The notes beneath the pieces are model-generated. The model had not been told where the DNA came from, did no database searches, and was given only the letters and a program-made list of their open reading frames with translations. Shown here in pieces: positions 19,880 through 30,446 of a stretch of DNA of 64,000 nucleotides. The first letter of the stretch is position 1, and each line of letters starts with the position of its first letter. Location of the stretch: positions 960,001-1,024,000 of the forward strand of contig CAWHHI010000016.1 of the NCBI GenBank assembly GCA_963829055.1, read 5' to 3'. The DNA is from an uncultured Gemmatimonadaceae bacterium (lineage in GTDB: Bacteria; Gemmatimonadota; Gemmatimonadetes; Gemmatimonadales; Gemmatimonadaceae). The position numbers and the translations under genes are program-made.

Positions 19880-20710
19880 CTAACGCGGCGTGAACGCGAT
19901 GCGGATCGACGTGATGTACACCGACGTCGATCCCTCGAACCCCGAATCGACGCCGACGACGAGCCAGAGCCGCCCGCTCGCGTCGGTGGAGATCGTGACT
20001 GGCGTCGCACCGCTATCGAACTCCTTGAGCTCGTACCTCGGCACCGCGCAGTTCGCGTTCGACGTCGCGATGTTGCCGAGCGGCGTAGCGTCGCGCCCGC
20101 CGGCGAGTTGGGAGCCGTGGTCGAAGTTCGCGCGATAGTACTGCGCGGCATCGACCACACGCCCGGGCTCCACGGACGTCGCACCGGCCTTCAGCACGAC
20201 CGATTCGCCCGGCGCGCCGCCGATGCCCACGCAGTTGCGCGGCGCGTTGGTCGCGAGCGTCACCCGGAAGCGCGCGTCGTACTGCGCGTTAGGCATGAGG
20301 CCCGTCACGCCGTGCGTGACGTACATGAACAGATCGTCGCTCCGGTTCTCGCCGCTGAGGCGAATGCCCTTGCGTGACACGTCGAGCGGCGCGGGCAGCG
20401 CCGCGAGCGACGCGCCGATCGCCCACTCGGCTTCCTTCCCCACCGGATAGTCGGTGAAACCCGCGACCCAGCCCTGGTAGTCGCTCGAGAAGTCGAACGC
20501 GATGTCGTAGCTGTCGTCGCTGATGCCTGTGGAATCGCCGCAGGCGCCGATCGTGGTCGCGAACACCGCGGAAAGCATCGCGATCGCGATGCGAGGCCAC
20601 ACGCGTCGCGGGTCGGGCGTCGCGTGGCGTTGGCCATCTCGTACTGCGTGGTGACTCATGATATGACGGCAACTCGGTCGGTGTGATTCCGGATGAGGCA
20701 TGGTGGACAC
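19880..20710 (-). CDS. Hypothetical lipoprotein (beta-rich); true start probably downstream of 20710
   Basis: Hydrophobic signal ending IGAC, then a globular region (NRSDDLFMY, GVDSGFEG). Confidence 0.7.
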   Translation of the reverse strand: MSTMPHPESHRPSCRHIMSHHAVRDGQRHATPDPRRVWPRIAIAMLSAVFATTIGACGDSTGISDDSYDIAFDFSSDYQGWVAGFTDYPVGKEAEWAIGASLAALPAPLDVSRKGIRLSGENRSDDLFMYVTHGVTGLMPNAQYDARFRVTLATNAPRNCVGIGGAPGESVVLKAGATSVEPGRVVDAAQYYRANFDHGSQLAGGRDATPLGNIATSNANCAVPRYELKEFDSGATPVTISTDASGRLWLVVGVDSGFEGSTSVYITSIRIAFTPR

Positions 20711-20741
20711 AGCGGCATTTCTCGCGCGTCCAGCATGCCTA

Positions 20742-20783
20742 ACCTCGAACGCTCACCAGGCGTCACGGGTGAGCGTTCGAGGT
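20742..20783 (-). terminator. 16-bp perfect stem hairpin downstream of the M28 peptidase gene
   Basis: ACCTCGAACGCTCACC-N10-GGTGAGCGTTCGAGGT. Confidence 0.55.
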
Positions 20784-20815
20784 ACCACACCGAGCGGTCA
20801 GTCTACTTCGCGCGC

Positions 20816-22550
20816 CTACTGCGTGCACGCGCCGTTGGGATCCGGCTTCGGCTTGTCGACAACCGGCCTGTGATCCAGGTCCGCGACGCGTACGGCGACG
20901 TCGCGAATGAACCGGGTGACACGCAGATACTGATCGAAGTCGAGATACTGCGGCTCGTCGGTCACCTGGTGGTAGTCGCGATGACCACCCGTGGTGAAGA
21001 ACACGATCGGAATGCCGTAGCGCGCATACATGTAGTGATCGCTGCGGCAGTCAGATGTTCTGCGGGTGTCCGTCGGCATCGAGGCCATAGTCGAGCGTGA
21101 GTGCGGCCTTCGTCTTCGTGTTGACGTCCTCGACGAGGTCACCGAGCTCCGTCGATAGCCGGCGCGATCCGATGAGCTGTACGTACCCTTCGTCGCGCCC
21201 GTGGAGCAGCCCGCCGTCCTTGCTCTGGCCAGTGATGTCGCTCGTGGCGCCGCGCCCGATCATGTCCACGTTGAGCTGCGCGACGATCGAATCGCGCGGC
21301 ACGGTCGGGTGATCGGTGTAGTAGCGCGAGCCGAGCATGCCTTCCTCTTCGCCCATGTGCCACACGAAGAGCAGCGAGCGCTTCGGCTTCTCCTTCGCGG
21401 ACGCGAACGCTTCGGCGATCTCGAGCACGCCCATCGAGCCCGAGCCATCGTCGTCGGCGCCGTTGTTGATCGAGTCGAGCCGGGCGGGGTGCAGCGCACG
21501 CAGGCTGTCGGTCATCGCGCGGATGCGCGCGATCTCGTCAGGCGTCGCCGGCCGAGGCGGACTGTCGGCACCCTGCGGCCTAACGACAGTGTTGAACACG
21601 CGGATCGAGTCGTGGTCGACGGCGCCGTTCGCGCGCACGCCGACGTGATCGCTGTGCGCGCCAATCGCGACGTACTCGCCCTTGAGCTTCGCGTCGCTGC
21701 CGGGAAGAATCGCGACCACGTTGCGGCCCGGACGTCGGGCGAGCACGAACTTCACGTTCAGCTGCACGCTCTTGCCCGGCGCGCCTTTCGCGGCCGATGC
21801 GACCGGCGCGCCGAGCAACGCCTCGCCCGCGGTGCTCGTGAGCTGAAGGAACGCCGGCGTCGTCGGTGCGGAATCGGGCACGAGCTGCACGAACGTCGAC
21901 GGCGTGAACGCGTTGAGGAGCGCCGGTCGCGAGAACTGCGGCGCCGCCGACCGTGGCGATCATCGCCGCCGCGCTGACGGTCTCCATGTAGCGCTTGTAG
22001 CCCTCGGACGCGATGAACGCCTGGACATCGACTCGGCTGCCCGGCCGCGGGACGCAACACCAACAGCTTGCCGCGCACCTGATCGGGCGTGAGCACGTTC
22101 GTGGTGTCGATCGCCTGCCGCCGTAGATGACGTCGAGCGTGCGCGTGATCGGTGGCATCCCGAGTGGCGCATTCGCCAGGAAATCCGCGCCCGGCTTGAG
22201 CATCTGTCTCGCCGATCTGAATCGTCGACGACTGAGTCCATCGTCTGCACGCCGAACGGCACATCCTGGAAGTAGGTGCCCTTGTCGCCGGCGGGCTGCA
22301 GGCCGAGTCGCTTGAGCTCACCCGCGATGTACTCGGTGCCCTTCATCGCTTCGTCGCTGCCGGCCATCCGCCCGCGCATGGAGTCGTCGGCGAACCGGTA
22401 GATGCGCGTCATGAGATCAGCGGCCGTGATCTCCGGCGTGGTCTTCTTCGGATCGAGCTTGAGCGGCAACGACTGCGTCGGATGCTGGGCCAGGGCGGCC
22501 GAGCCGGCGATGAACAGCGCCGTCGGAAGAAGCGTACGAATGGTCTGCAT
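20816..22550 (-). CDS. Secreted M28 family metallopeptidase (multiple frameshifts)
   Basis: Signal peptide; GAHSDH, NGADDDGSG, GEEEG, NVDMIG, RSDH, DYH motifs over several frames. Confidence 0.88.
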
Positions 22551-22715
22551 GTGACGGGTGAGTCAGGTTGGAGAGAACCCCGGGGCGACGGGGACGGCGG
22601 TACTCGTCGAAAGGTGTGCGGCGGTAGCGCGCTGTGTGACACCCGGTATGACGAGCCGCGCCCTACCAGCACGCCCGGCAGCTACGATGAGAAGGCCGCG
22701 GCCAAGCTCCGAGGG

Positions 22716-22743
22716 TTGACCCACGAGGAACGCCGAATAGACT
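22716..22743 (+). promoter_or_regulatory. Putative sigma70 promoter for tRNA-Ser
   Basis: TTGACC-N16-TAGACT, 10 nt before the tRNA. Confidence 0.55.
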
Positions 22744-22753
22744 GCGTATCCCG

Positions 22754-22836
22754 GGAGGGCTGGCAGAATGGCTAATGCAGCGGTCTTGAAAACCGCCGTC
22801 CGAAAGGACTTGGGGGTTCGAATCCCTCGCCCTCCG
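22754..22836 (+). tRNA. tRNA-Ser(UGA)
   Basis: Acceptor GGAGGGC/GCCCTCC, anticodon arm GCGGT-CTTGAAA-ACCGC, long variable arm, GGTTCGAATCC; CCA not encoded. Confidence 0.95.
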
Positions 22837-23096
22837 CTTTATGTGACAACGAGTTGCGCGGCGAGTGACCCGGGAAAACATGTAGGGCCTCGCAGACGGT
22901 TGGACACGTGCGTGGACAGAAGGGACCGCAGCACGGTACTGGCGGCCCGTTCTGAACGTATTGCGGTGGGACCGCCACGAGTCATTGTGGAGGCGAAGCT
23001 ATTTCGCCACGTGGAGGCGCGGCGGGCCGAGCTCGAGGACGGGCGGCCAAGCCTCTAGCGTTTCGGCCCTGGGAATGGGCACCTAACGACCGAGCG

Positions 23097-23465
23097 TCAC
23101 TGCCGAAGCACCATCTTCAAGTTGACGACGTAGGGCGACCCCTTTGCCGTACACGGCAACACGCCCGACGCGGGGTAATAGCCGCCGCCCGAGGCATAGG
23201 CCGCGACGGTGAGTCCGGCGCTCTCTCGGCACTGGCTGTCGGAGAACGTGAGCTCGTAGCGCCCGGCAGCGTTCGTCCGCGTCGTGGCCACGGTTTCCCC
23301 TAACGGCTGCTGCACTTCGATCTCGGCCTCGAACGGCGCGCCGGTCGCGGCGTAGGTGACGGTCCCCGAGAGATAGAAGGTGCCGGCCGGTTGGACCGGG
23401 TTCGTGTCCCCGCACGCGCTAGCCGCGACCAGCAGTCCGAGCCCTCGTAGCGTCGTCGTGCGCAT
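23097..23465 (-). CDS. Small lipoprotein with carboxypeptidase-regulatory-like beta-sandwich
   Basis: MRTTTLRGLGLLVAASAC lipobox; LSGTVT...TRTNAAGRYEL pattern. Confidence 0.65.
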   Translation of the reverse strand: MRTTTLRGLGLLVAASACGDTNPVQPAGTFYLSGTVTYAATGAPFEAEIEVQQPLGETVATTRTNAAGRYELTFSDSQCRESAGLTVAAYASGGGYYPASGVLPCTAKGSPYVVNLKMVLRQ

Positions 23466-23628
23466 GCCGTGCACCGGTGGGCGAGTGTCGAGCGAACATG
23501 CGCCGGGCGGCATCAGCGCGCTAGACCGCCGGCGCTGCGCAGGTCCGCTCCGCCGGGTCGCGATCGAGGCGCAGCGGCCCACGGTTGCCTAACGCGATAT
23601 TGTCGTCGAAGCACGCGCGCGCTCCCGC

Positions 23629-24009
23629 TCACCGAGGACTGGAGTTCGCCTCACCCTGCCACTCCGCGGCGAAGCGCCTGAGGTCGATGATGTCGAACGG
23701 CTTCCGGATGATGGGGCGGTCGATCGCCGCCAGCGGTGCCGAGCTCTGCGCGTCAGCGCTGCCGGTCACGAACGCGACGCGCTCAGCGAGGTCGGGACGG
23801 TGGACGACGAGCCAGTGGTAGAGGTCGATGCCACTCCCATCGCGGAGTTGGATGTCGAGTAACGCGCCGGCGATGTCGGCCCGCTCCGCCAGTGCCACCT
23901 TCGCGGCGCCCACCCCATCGACGGACACGACCGCGAACCCGAACGCCGTGAGCGCTCAATGGACCACGTCGCGAACCGAATCGCTGTCTTCAACGTGCAG
24001 AATCGCCAT
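23629..24009 (-). pseudogene. Single-domain response regulator with an in-frame TGA at codon 18
   Basis: MAILHVEDSDSVRDVVH*ALTAFGF...LLDIQLRDGSG...FVTG...KPF; continuous frame of 127 codons with TGA at 23956-23958. Confidence 0.75.
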
Positions 24010-24446
24010 TGGACCGCCCTGAAAGAATACGGGACACGACTGCGTCGCTGACGAAGCGGCGCCGGCCTTGGCCCCTGCGGAGTACGCGAAGGTCGTCGGT
24101 CACACCTGGTGTACCGGGTGCCCGGTGGCGAAGACAGGCGAGCCTACTAACCGACAACGTGCTGCTGCTTCGCATCCAAAGCAATCTGTGGGCCGAACGC
24201 GTCGCAATAGCAGACAATGACGTACCCACCAATGCGCCCGCCCGCTCCCGCGTCATCGGAGAGGGAGACGGGAAGGCGGTAACCACACCTAACGTTGTCC
24301 GGCCCACGGCTGTGCACGATGGGCTCCATCGCGGCCCGCGACACATCGCGAGTGATCGCCTGGCGAGCGTCGAGCATGCGCCAGCTCGCATTCATTGCCG
24401 AGTACTGGCCGCGTGACACGCGGGGCCGTGCGGGCTGGCGAGTCGG

Positions 24447-26165
24447 CTACGGGCGGTACGGATACCCTGTTGCCAACTCACGCTCCAGGCGAGCGTCATG
24501 CCCGTAAATGTCCGCGTAGAAGGCCGGCGCGCCATCCGGACGCACCACAGCCGTCGTGTAGTAGATCACCACCGGAAGCGAGCGGGCAAGATCCACGCGC
24601 TGCGAGCCAGCACCCTCCTCCATCGCGTGCCGGACACGTTCAGGCGACCAGGCGGCGGAATCGCGGAGCACCCATACGCCGAAGCGTGTCGGATCCTCGA
24701 GGCGAATGCACCCGTGGCTGAAGTCCCGCCGGGCTCGCGAGAACAGCTCTTTGGCGGGCGTGTCGTGCATGTACACGTTGTGGTCGTTCGGGAAAATGAA
24801 CTTCACCAGCCCGAGCGAGTTCCGCGGACCCGGTCGCTGCCGAATCCCGATCTCCCCTCGGCCAACGCGCGCAATGTTCGCTGTCGTTGCCGGCACCGCC
24901 GGGCCGGTGTCGCCGGAGCCGCGATAGAGCTCCATGTCGTTGCGCGCCAGGTACCCGGAGCTCCGACGCATCGCGGGGAGTGTTTCGCGCGCGAGGATGC
25001 CGGGTGGGATCACCCAATACGGGCGGAACACGGCGTACAGCATGTCGCGCTCGAAGATCGGCGTTCGCCGTCCGACGTTCGCAGCTCCCACGACCACGTT
25101 CATCGTGAACGTCGGCACGCCGCTCGCGCCTAACGTGTCGTACGCGTACAGCTCGAACGCCGGCACGTTCACGATCACGAACGGCCCGGCATCGGGCGCT
25201 GGGATCCAGCGGATCCGCTCCAGTGCGAGCTCGAGCTGCCTCGCGCGTCTCGCCGGCGACACGTTCAGCGCCGCGACCGTCGCCGGCCCCAGTGCGCTGT
25301 CGATCGGGAGGCCATGCCGCTCCTGGAACCGCGCGACGGCTGCGACCACGGCGCCCGTATAGTGCCGCGTGTCCCCATCGATGGCGGTGGTCGCATCAGT
25401 CGGCAGGTCGCCGAATACTGAGAGCCGCCGCCGCAGGACCGGCATCGCTTCGAGTGAATCGCCCGGACGAACGACGTGTTTCAGCGCCAACGTCGGGATC
25501 GTCGAGTCGGCCGCGAGCGCGCGGTACCGCGCGTAGATCGTCTTGAGGTTCCGGTACTGCACGAACTTGGGCTCCGCATCGCGAACCAGTGCGGATACGC
25601 GACCTCGCTCGAGCGCGTCACGTATGAATTCCGCCAGGTCCAACTTCTTGCGCTCGACGTTTATGCCGACCGCGAGGTGCCTCGGGTTCACGCGCCCGAT
25701 GCGCACATCGGACAAATGCCGGAGAATCCCGACGGAGAGCGCGAGGTCGAACCACGCCACATCGTGCGCCGCGGGACGTGGGTCCGCCGACAGCGCGTCG
25801 AATCGACGGCCAAGCTCCGGCGCGTCGTAGTCCTCGGACCGAAGCCCGCGTTCCTCCGCGCCGCGAAGCAGATCAATGACCGCGCGTGCATCCGCCGTAG
25901 GACGCGAACTCGCGGTCCAGATCGGCCGCCAGCCAGTGGCGGCGTAGAGCGACGTCAGCTCGTCGCGATAGTACGGAAAGCGAGGCCAACGCAGTCCCGA
26001 GAGCGTCCCGGCGCGTGACCACGTTTCGAGCAGCGACGCAGCGCTGTCATTGGCTGCCGTCGATGGTGGGCGACCCGACGGCGTCTGCGAGTACACTGGG
26101 CGCGAGGCCGTCGAGGCGGCGAGCGCGATTCCCAGTACGAACCATCTGTAGCCGAGTCGCATCAT
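24447..26165 (-). CDS. Murein L,D-transpeptidase (YcbB/LdtD-like) with peptidoglycan-binding domain
   Basis: VARFQERHGL PG-binding motif, VNVPAF, NSLGLVKFIFPN, HDTP...FSHGCIR catalytic motif. Confidence 0.9.
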   Translation of the reverse strand: MMRLGYRWFVLGIALAASTASRPVYSQTPSGRPPSTAANDSAASLLETWSRAGTLSGLRWPRFPYYRDELTSLYAATGWRPIWTASSRPTADARAVIDLLRGAEERGLRSEDYDAPELGRRFDALSADPRPAAHDVAWFDLALSVGILRHLSDVRIGRVNPRHLAVGINVERKKLDLAEFIRDALERGRVSALVRDAEPKFVQYRNLKTIYARYRALAADSTIPTLALKHVVRPGDSLEAMPVLRRRLSVFGDLPTDATTAIDGDTRHYTGAVVAAVARFQERHGLPIDSALGPATVAALNVSPARRARQLELALERIRWIPAPDAGPFVIVNVPAFELYAYDTLGASGVPTFTMNVVVGAANVGRRTPIFERDMLYAVFRPYWVIPPGILARETLPAMRRSSGYLARNDMELYRGSGDTGPAVPATTANIARVGRGEIGIRQRPGPRNSLGLVKFIFPNDHNVYMHDTPAKELFSRARRDFSHGCIRLEDPTRFGVWVLRDSAAWSPERVRHAMEEGAGSQRVDLARSLPVVIYYTTAVVRPDGAPAFYADIYGHDARLERELATGYPYRP

Positions 26166-26428
26166 GGCTGGCAGTCGGATGCACACACGTTAGGCGGTGC
26201 CGTGACCGGGAACGCCTGTGGACGCCGAACCAACGTCAACGCTCGCACGTCGATGCCGATTGCGGCATTGCACCTTGGGGCATCGCCGTGGGTGAGCGGC
26301 TCATGCGTGCGCACCCGCTCAACCGCTGGGGGCGACACGCCGTCTTCCCTGGGCGCTGATTTTTTGGTAGAGTTTCTGTCCCCCGTCGGCCGGCGCTCGC
26401 CCTCAGACCTCCTGTCTTCACCGTGAAG

Positions 26429-26695
26429 ATGCCCCGCAAGACCAGTCGCTACGAATGCGTCGGCGGTCCTCGAGACGGCGACATGGTCCTCATCCAGCGC
26501 TCCAAGCAGAACGTCACCCTCGACGGCGCGTTCTACGAAGTGCGCCTCTGGGCGAAGATGGACGAGCACGGCCAGCGGCTCCTCTGGAAGCGCGAAGCCC
26601 TGGTGTGGGAAGGGCTGCTCATCGCGGACACCGGCAGCGACGTCATCGAACCCGCTCCGCCGCAACCGATTGACTGGCCCGGACGCGACGGCTAG
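26429..26695 (+). CDS. Small hypothetical protein
   Basis: MPRKTSRYECVGGPRDG...; GC-rich third positions consistent with a real gene. Confidence 0.6.
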   Translation: MPRKTSRYECVGGPRDGDMVLIQRSKQNVTLDGAFYEVRLWAKMDEHGQRLLWKREALVWEGLLIADTGSDVIEPAPPQPIDWPGRDG

Positions 26696-26758
26696 GTTGC
26701 GTTTCCGCCGCGATGGCAACGCGGTTCGGCGTCGTACGTCCGACGCCGGTGTAACCCT

Positions 26759-26848
26759 GGAGAGATGGCCGAGAGGCTGAAGGCACCGGTTTGCTAAACC
26801 GGCATAGGGGGTCAACCCCTATCGAGGGTTCGAATCCCTCTCTCTCCG
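26759..26848 (+). tRNA. tRNA-Ser(GCU)
   Basis: Acceptor GGAGAGA/TCTCTCC, anticodon arm CCGGT-TTGCTAA-ACCGG, long variable arm, GGTTCGAATCC. Confidence 0.95.
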
Positions 26849-26877
26849 TCGAGAGTCCGTGCAATCATGATGTACCG

Positions 26878-26933
26878 AGGTGTCAGGATCGAGATGCCGA
26901 CTCCGTTCGGATCCCGTCCTTGGCACCTTTTTT
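26878..26933 (+). terminator. Terminator-like hairpin after tRNA-Ser(GCU)
   Basis: AGGTGTCAGGA...TCCTTGGCACCT imperfect stem followed by a T run. Confidence 0.55.
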
Positions 26934-26994
26934 CTTCTGCGCTCGACAGCGCTCCCCAAGAGCCACACAGAGCACCAACGCGGTCAGACCGCCA

Positions 26995-28458
26995 ATGACC
27001 ACCGCACTCCCCACTCCGCTCCGCCTCCGCTTCGCGCCGTCGCCCACCGGATATCTCCACGTCGGCGGCGCACGCACCGCGCTCCACAACTGGCTGCTCG
27101 CGCGAAAGTACGGCGGCGTGTTCCTGCTTCGCATCGAGGACACCGACCGCGCTCGCAGCACCGACGAGAGCACACGCGCCATCTTCGAAGGCCTGGAGTG
27201 GCTCGGCCTAACGTGGGATGAGGAAGTCACCTACCAGGGAGCGAATCTCGCGCGCCACCAGGCGGACGCGCGCCGCCTGCTCGACAGCGGCGCGGTCTAC
27301 CGCTGCTTCTGCACTCCCGCGGAGCTCGACCAGCGACGCGCGGAGGCCGAGGCGCGCGGCGATGCGTTCAAGTACGATCGACGCTGCGACCGCCTGGCGC
27401 CCGACGAGATCGATCGGCGCGTCGTGAACGGCGATCCGTTCGTGCTGCGGTTCCGCGTGCCCGACGGGTCCACCGAGTGGAATGACCTCGTCCACGAGCG
27501 GATCACGTTCCCGAACAAGGACATCGAGGACTTCGTCATCCTCCGGTCGGACGGCACGCCGATCTACAACATGGCCGTCGTCTCGGACGACATCGCCGCC
27601 GCCATCACGGTCGTGATGCGCGGGGACGATCACATCTCCAACACGCCGAAACAGATCCTGCTCTACGAGGCGTTAGGCGCCCGGATCCCGGTGTTCGCGC
27701 ACCTGCCGATGATCCATGGGACCGACGGCAAGAAGTTGAGCAAGCGCCACGGCGCTACCGCCGTCGGCGACTATCGCCACCTCGGCATCCTGCCCTCGGC
27801 CATGGACAACTTCCTGGCGCTGCTCGGGTGGTCGCCGGGCGGGGATCGCGAGGTCATGCTGCCGGCGGAATTGATCGACCACTTCTCGGTGGACGGCCTC
27901 CTCAAGAAGGCGGCTGTCTTCGACCTCAAGAAGCTGGAGTGGATGAACGGGCAACATCTCAACATGCTGCCGCTCGCGGACGTCGAGCCAATCATCACGA
28001 AATCCGTCGTCGCTGCCGGCCTCGCGACAGCCGATTGGTTGGCATCACACGGCGAGTGGTACAATCGGTTGTTGGAGCTGCTTCGCATTCGCGCTCGCAC
28101 CGTGGACGACGTGGTCCGCCAGGCGGGGCCATACTTCGGCGATGATGTCTCGCTCGACCCGGACGCGGTGGCCAAGCAGTGGAAGGACCCCGCCACGGCC
28201 GACATGCTGGCCGAGGCGCGGGAGGCGTTGGCGGCTGTCAGCGATTGGTCGGCGGCCGCACTCGAGGAGGCGCTCCGCCCAGTGGCTGAAGCACGCGGCA
28301 TTGGCGCGGGAAAGCTGTTCCAGCCGCTCCGCGTGGCTCTGACGGGGTCCGCAATCAGCCCGGGCATCTTCGACGTACTCGTGCTGCTCGGGCGCGATCG
28401 GTCGCTGCGGCGACTGGACGCGGCCCTGCGGAACCTCCGCGGCGATGTCGCGGTCTAA
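26995..28458 (+). CDS. gltX: Glutamate--tRNA ligase
   Basis: RFAPSPTGYLHVGG, LRIEDTD, RGDDHISNT, KLSKR. Confidence 0.97.
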   Translation: MTTALPTPLRLRFAPSPTGYLHVGGARTALHNWLLARKYGGVFLLRIEDTDRARSTDESTRAIFEGLEWLGLTWDEEVTYQGANLARHQADARRLLDSGAVYRCFCTPAELDQRRAEAEARGDAFKYDRRCDRLAPDEIDRRVVNGDPFVLRFRVPDGSTEWNDLVHERITFPNKDIEDFVILRSDGTPIYNMAVVSDDIAAAITVVMRGDDHISNTPKQILLYEALGARIPVFAHLPMIHGTDGKKLSKRHGATAVGDYRHLGILPSAMDNFLALLGWSPGGDREVMLPAELIDHFSVDGLLKKAAVFDLKKLEWMNGQHLNMLPLADVEPIITKSVVAAGLATADWLASHGEWYNRLLELLRIRARTVDDVVRQAGPYFGDDVSLDPDAVAKQWKDPATADMLAEAREALAAVSDWSAAALEEALRPVAEARGIGAGKLFQPLRVALTGSAISPGIFDVLVLLGRDRSLRRLDAALRNLRGDVAV

Positions 28459-28522
28459 CGTCGAATGACGCGCGCGGACGGCCGATCGGTGTAACAGCCG
28501 CATCGGTCGAGGCCGTAAGCGG

Positions 28523-28620
28523 TTGACCGGCAAACAGCCGGTTCGATACATTTGGCGGAGAACGAGGGTCGCCGGGAAGTCTCGAAGAGGCTCCCGGCGA
28601 CCCGTTTTCCCGGGGGTCGC
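28523..28620 (+). promoter_or_regulatory. Putative lexA promoter and structured leader
   Basis: TTGACC-N18-TACATT with the palindrome ACCGGC-AAACA-GCCGGT overlapping the spacer; leader hairpin at 28566-28603. Confidence 0.5.
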
Positions 28621-29298
28621 ATGCCGGAACAGCTGAGTACCATGGAGCGGCGGGTGTACTACTACCTGCTCGACTTCCTCGGTGAACACACGTACCAGCC
28701 GAGTATCCGTGAGATTGGGAAGCGTTTTCGTATCAAGTCCACGAAGACGGTCTCCGACGTCCTCCAGTCGCTGGCCGAGAAGGGCTACATCCAGCGCGAT
28801 CCCTCGCGCTCGCGCGGGGTTCGGCTGCTCGGGTATTCGACTGTTGGCCGCATGCAGCCGGTGCCCTTCTACGGGAAGATCGCCGCGGGAGAGCCGATGC
28901 TCATTCCCGAAAACCGCGATCGGTTCATCACGCTGGACCGCGCGTTCGTGCCGAGCGAGGACTGCTTCTTCCTGCGCGTTTCCGGCGACAGCATGATCGG
29001 CCGCGGCATCTTCGACAAGGACTTCGTGCTCGTGAATCCGTCGGCGCGCGCGAGCGATGGCGACATCATCGCGGCTCGCGTCGGCGTCGAGGCGACAGTG
29101 AAAACGCTGCAGCATCGCGGCGCGACGATCGTGCTCGAGCCCGCGAATCCGGATGAGCGCGAGCTCGTGATTTCGCCGACGGATGATTTCGCGGTGATCG
29201 GAACGATCGCGGCGGTGTTCCGTCCGTTCCACGATGCGGCACAGGAATCGGACGACGCGGGCGCCCCGCCAGAAGACAACGGCGGTCGCAACGCCTGA
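28621..29298 (+). CDS. lexA: SOS repressor LexA
   Basis: wHTH (PSIREIG...LAEKGYIQR..SR), Ala-Gly cleavage site IAAGEP, catalytic GDSM and TVK. Confidence 0.93.
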   Translation: MPEQLSTMERRVYYYLLDFLGEHTYQPSIREIGKRFRIKSTKTVSDVLQSLAEKGYIQRDPSRSRGVRLLGYSTVGRMQPVPFYGKIAAGEPMLIPENRDRFITLDRAFVPSEDCFFLRVSGDSMIGRGIFDKDFVLVNPSARASDGDIIAARVGVEATVKTLQHRGATIVLEPANPDERELVISPTDDFAVIGTIAAVFRPFHDAAQESDDAGAPPEDNGGRNA

Positions 29299-29304
29299 AA
29301 CGCG

Positions 29305-29338
29305 ACGACCCGCGAGACAGCGCTGTCTCGCGGGTCGT
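29305..29338. terminator. 34-bp perfect palindrome between convergent genes (bidirectional terminator candidate)
   Basis: ACGACCCGCGAGACAGC|GCTGTCTCGCGGGTCGT. Confidence 0.65.
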
Positions 29339-29362
29339 TAGGCGACGGAAGGCAACGCGGCG

Positions 29363-30316
29363 TTAGGGAGTCGGCGTCCGGCTCGAGCCGCCGTCAGGCT
29401 GCGCGATCGTCTTGGGCGCGCGATCCTTTTCCTGTTGCTGCCGCTCGCGCTCCTTCCGCTCGCGGAGCGACTTCACCGCGCGCCGGAACTCTTCCTCGTT
29501 CAACGCACGCGCCGCCTGAACCTGGATCTCGGCTCGCATCGACGCCATCTGGCGGTCGCGTTCCGCGGCGATTGGATTGCCCTGGGCACGTTGAGCGGCA
29601 GCAGCCCGAGCAATGCCGTCGGGATCGAGATCTTCCCGAGGCGAATGTATTGCTGGTCCATCCCGAACTTCTTGCCGTTTCGCTCGACCGTCCAGTCACC
29701 GCGCTCGAACTTGTTCGGCGTGTACCCGTTCGCCGCCATGGAGTCGCGTACGTGCTCGATGCCCGCGGCGACGACGCTGTCCATCCGAGCATCCGCGGAC
29801 TTGGGCGCGCTGACCACAGGCGCCGACGGGACCCAGATGCGCGGATCCGAATAGGAGGGCCGGATTCCCTTCGTGGGGCCGCCGCGACCGATGAGCGGTC
29901 CCGTTCCTTCGTCGACGGCGGTAGGTGTCGGCGTTGTGGAGGGCGTGACCGGGGGCACTCGTCGTCGGAACTCCGTTTGGCGCGACGAGCGGTGGAGCCG
30001 GCGTCTTGCTCGTGTTGATCGGGCGCCCATTCCCGCCACTCTTCCCGGGCGAAGTGGTTGGGCTCGCCTGCGGCAGAGCGAGGAAGCTGATGCGCTCGGG
30101 GACGACCGTCTGCTCCTTCTTACCAAACAGCGACGTGAACGGGTACGGAATCAGCAGCACGCGGAGGAGCGCCGCCCCGGCGACCACGTGCACGACGATC
30201 GAGGCGAGAACCGGCCCTGAGAGCCGCCTCCTGCCGCGATCATCAGCGCGCTTGGGATATGGACGCCGCTTGGCGCCTGTTTCCCGTTTCGCGTCGGTCG
30301 TCTGCTGGCTCAGCAT
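29363..30316 (-). CDS. Hypothetical membrane-anchored Pro-rich protein (frameshifted, three ORF pieces)
   Basis: N-terminal TM with SIVVH (TonB-like anchor), Pro/Thr linker, globular part, charged coiled C-terminus. Confidence 0.6.
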
Positions 30317-30446
30317 TCCCCCCGGATTTCGGTCGGCTTGGCGACTGCGTGCCGCCAGCGCTTATAGCCCTGGTTCACAGCCGGTGTTCCACGATACGTC
30401 CAGCGCATTGCTCGCGCCACCGCAAAGGTCATCTCGTAACACAGAG

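Noticed and set aside
22754..22836. tRNA with TGA in the anticodon loop as tRNA-Sec (given selA)
   Set aside because: Anticodon UGA reads UCA (Ser); tRNA-Sec needs anticodon UCA and an extended acceptor stem.
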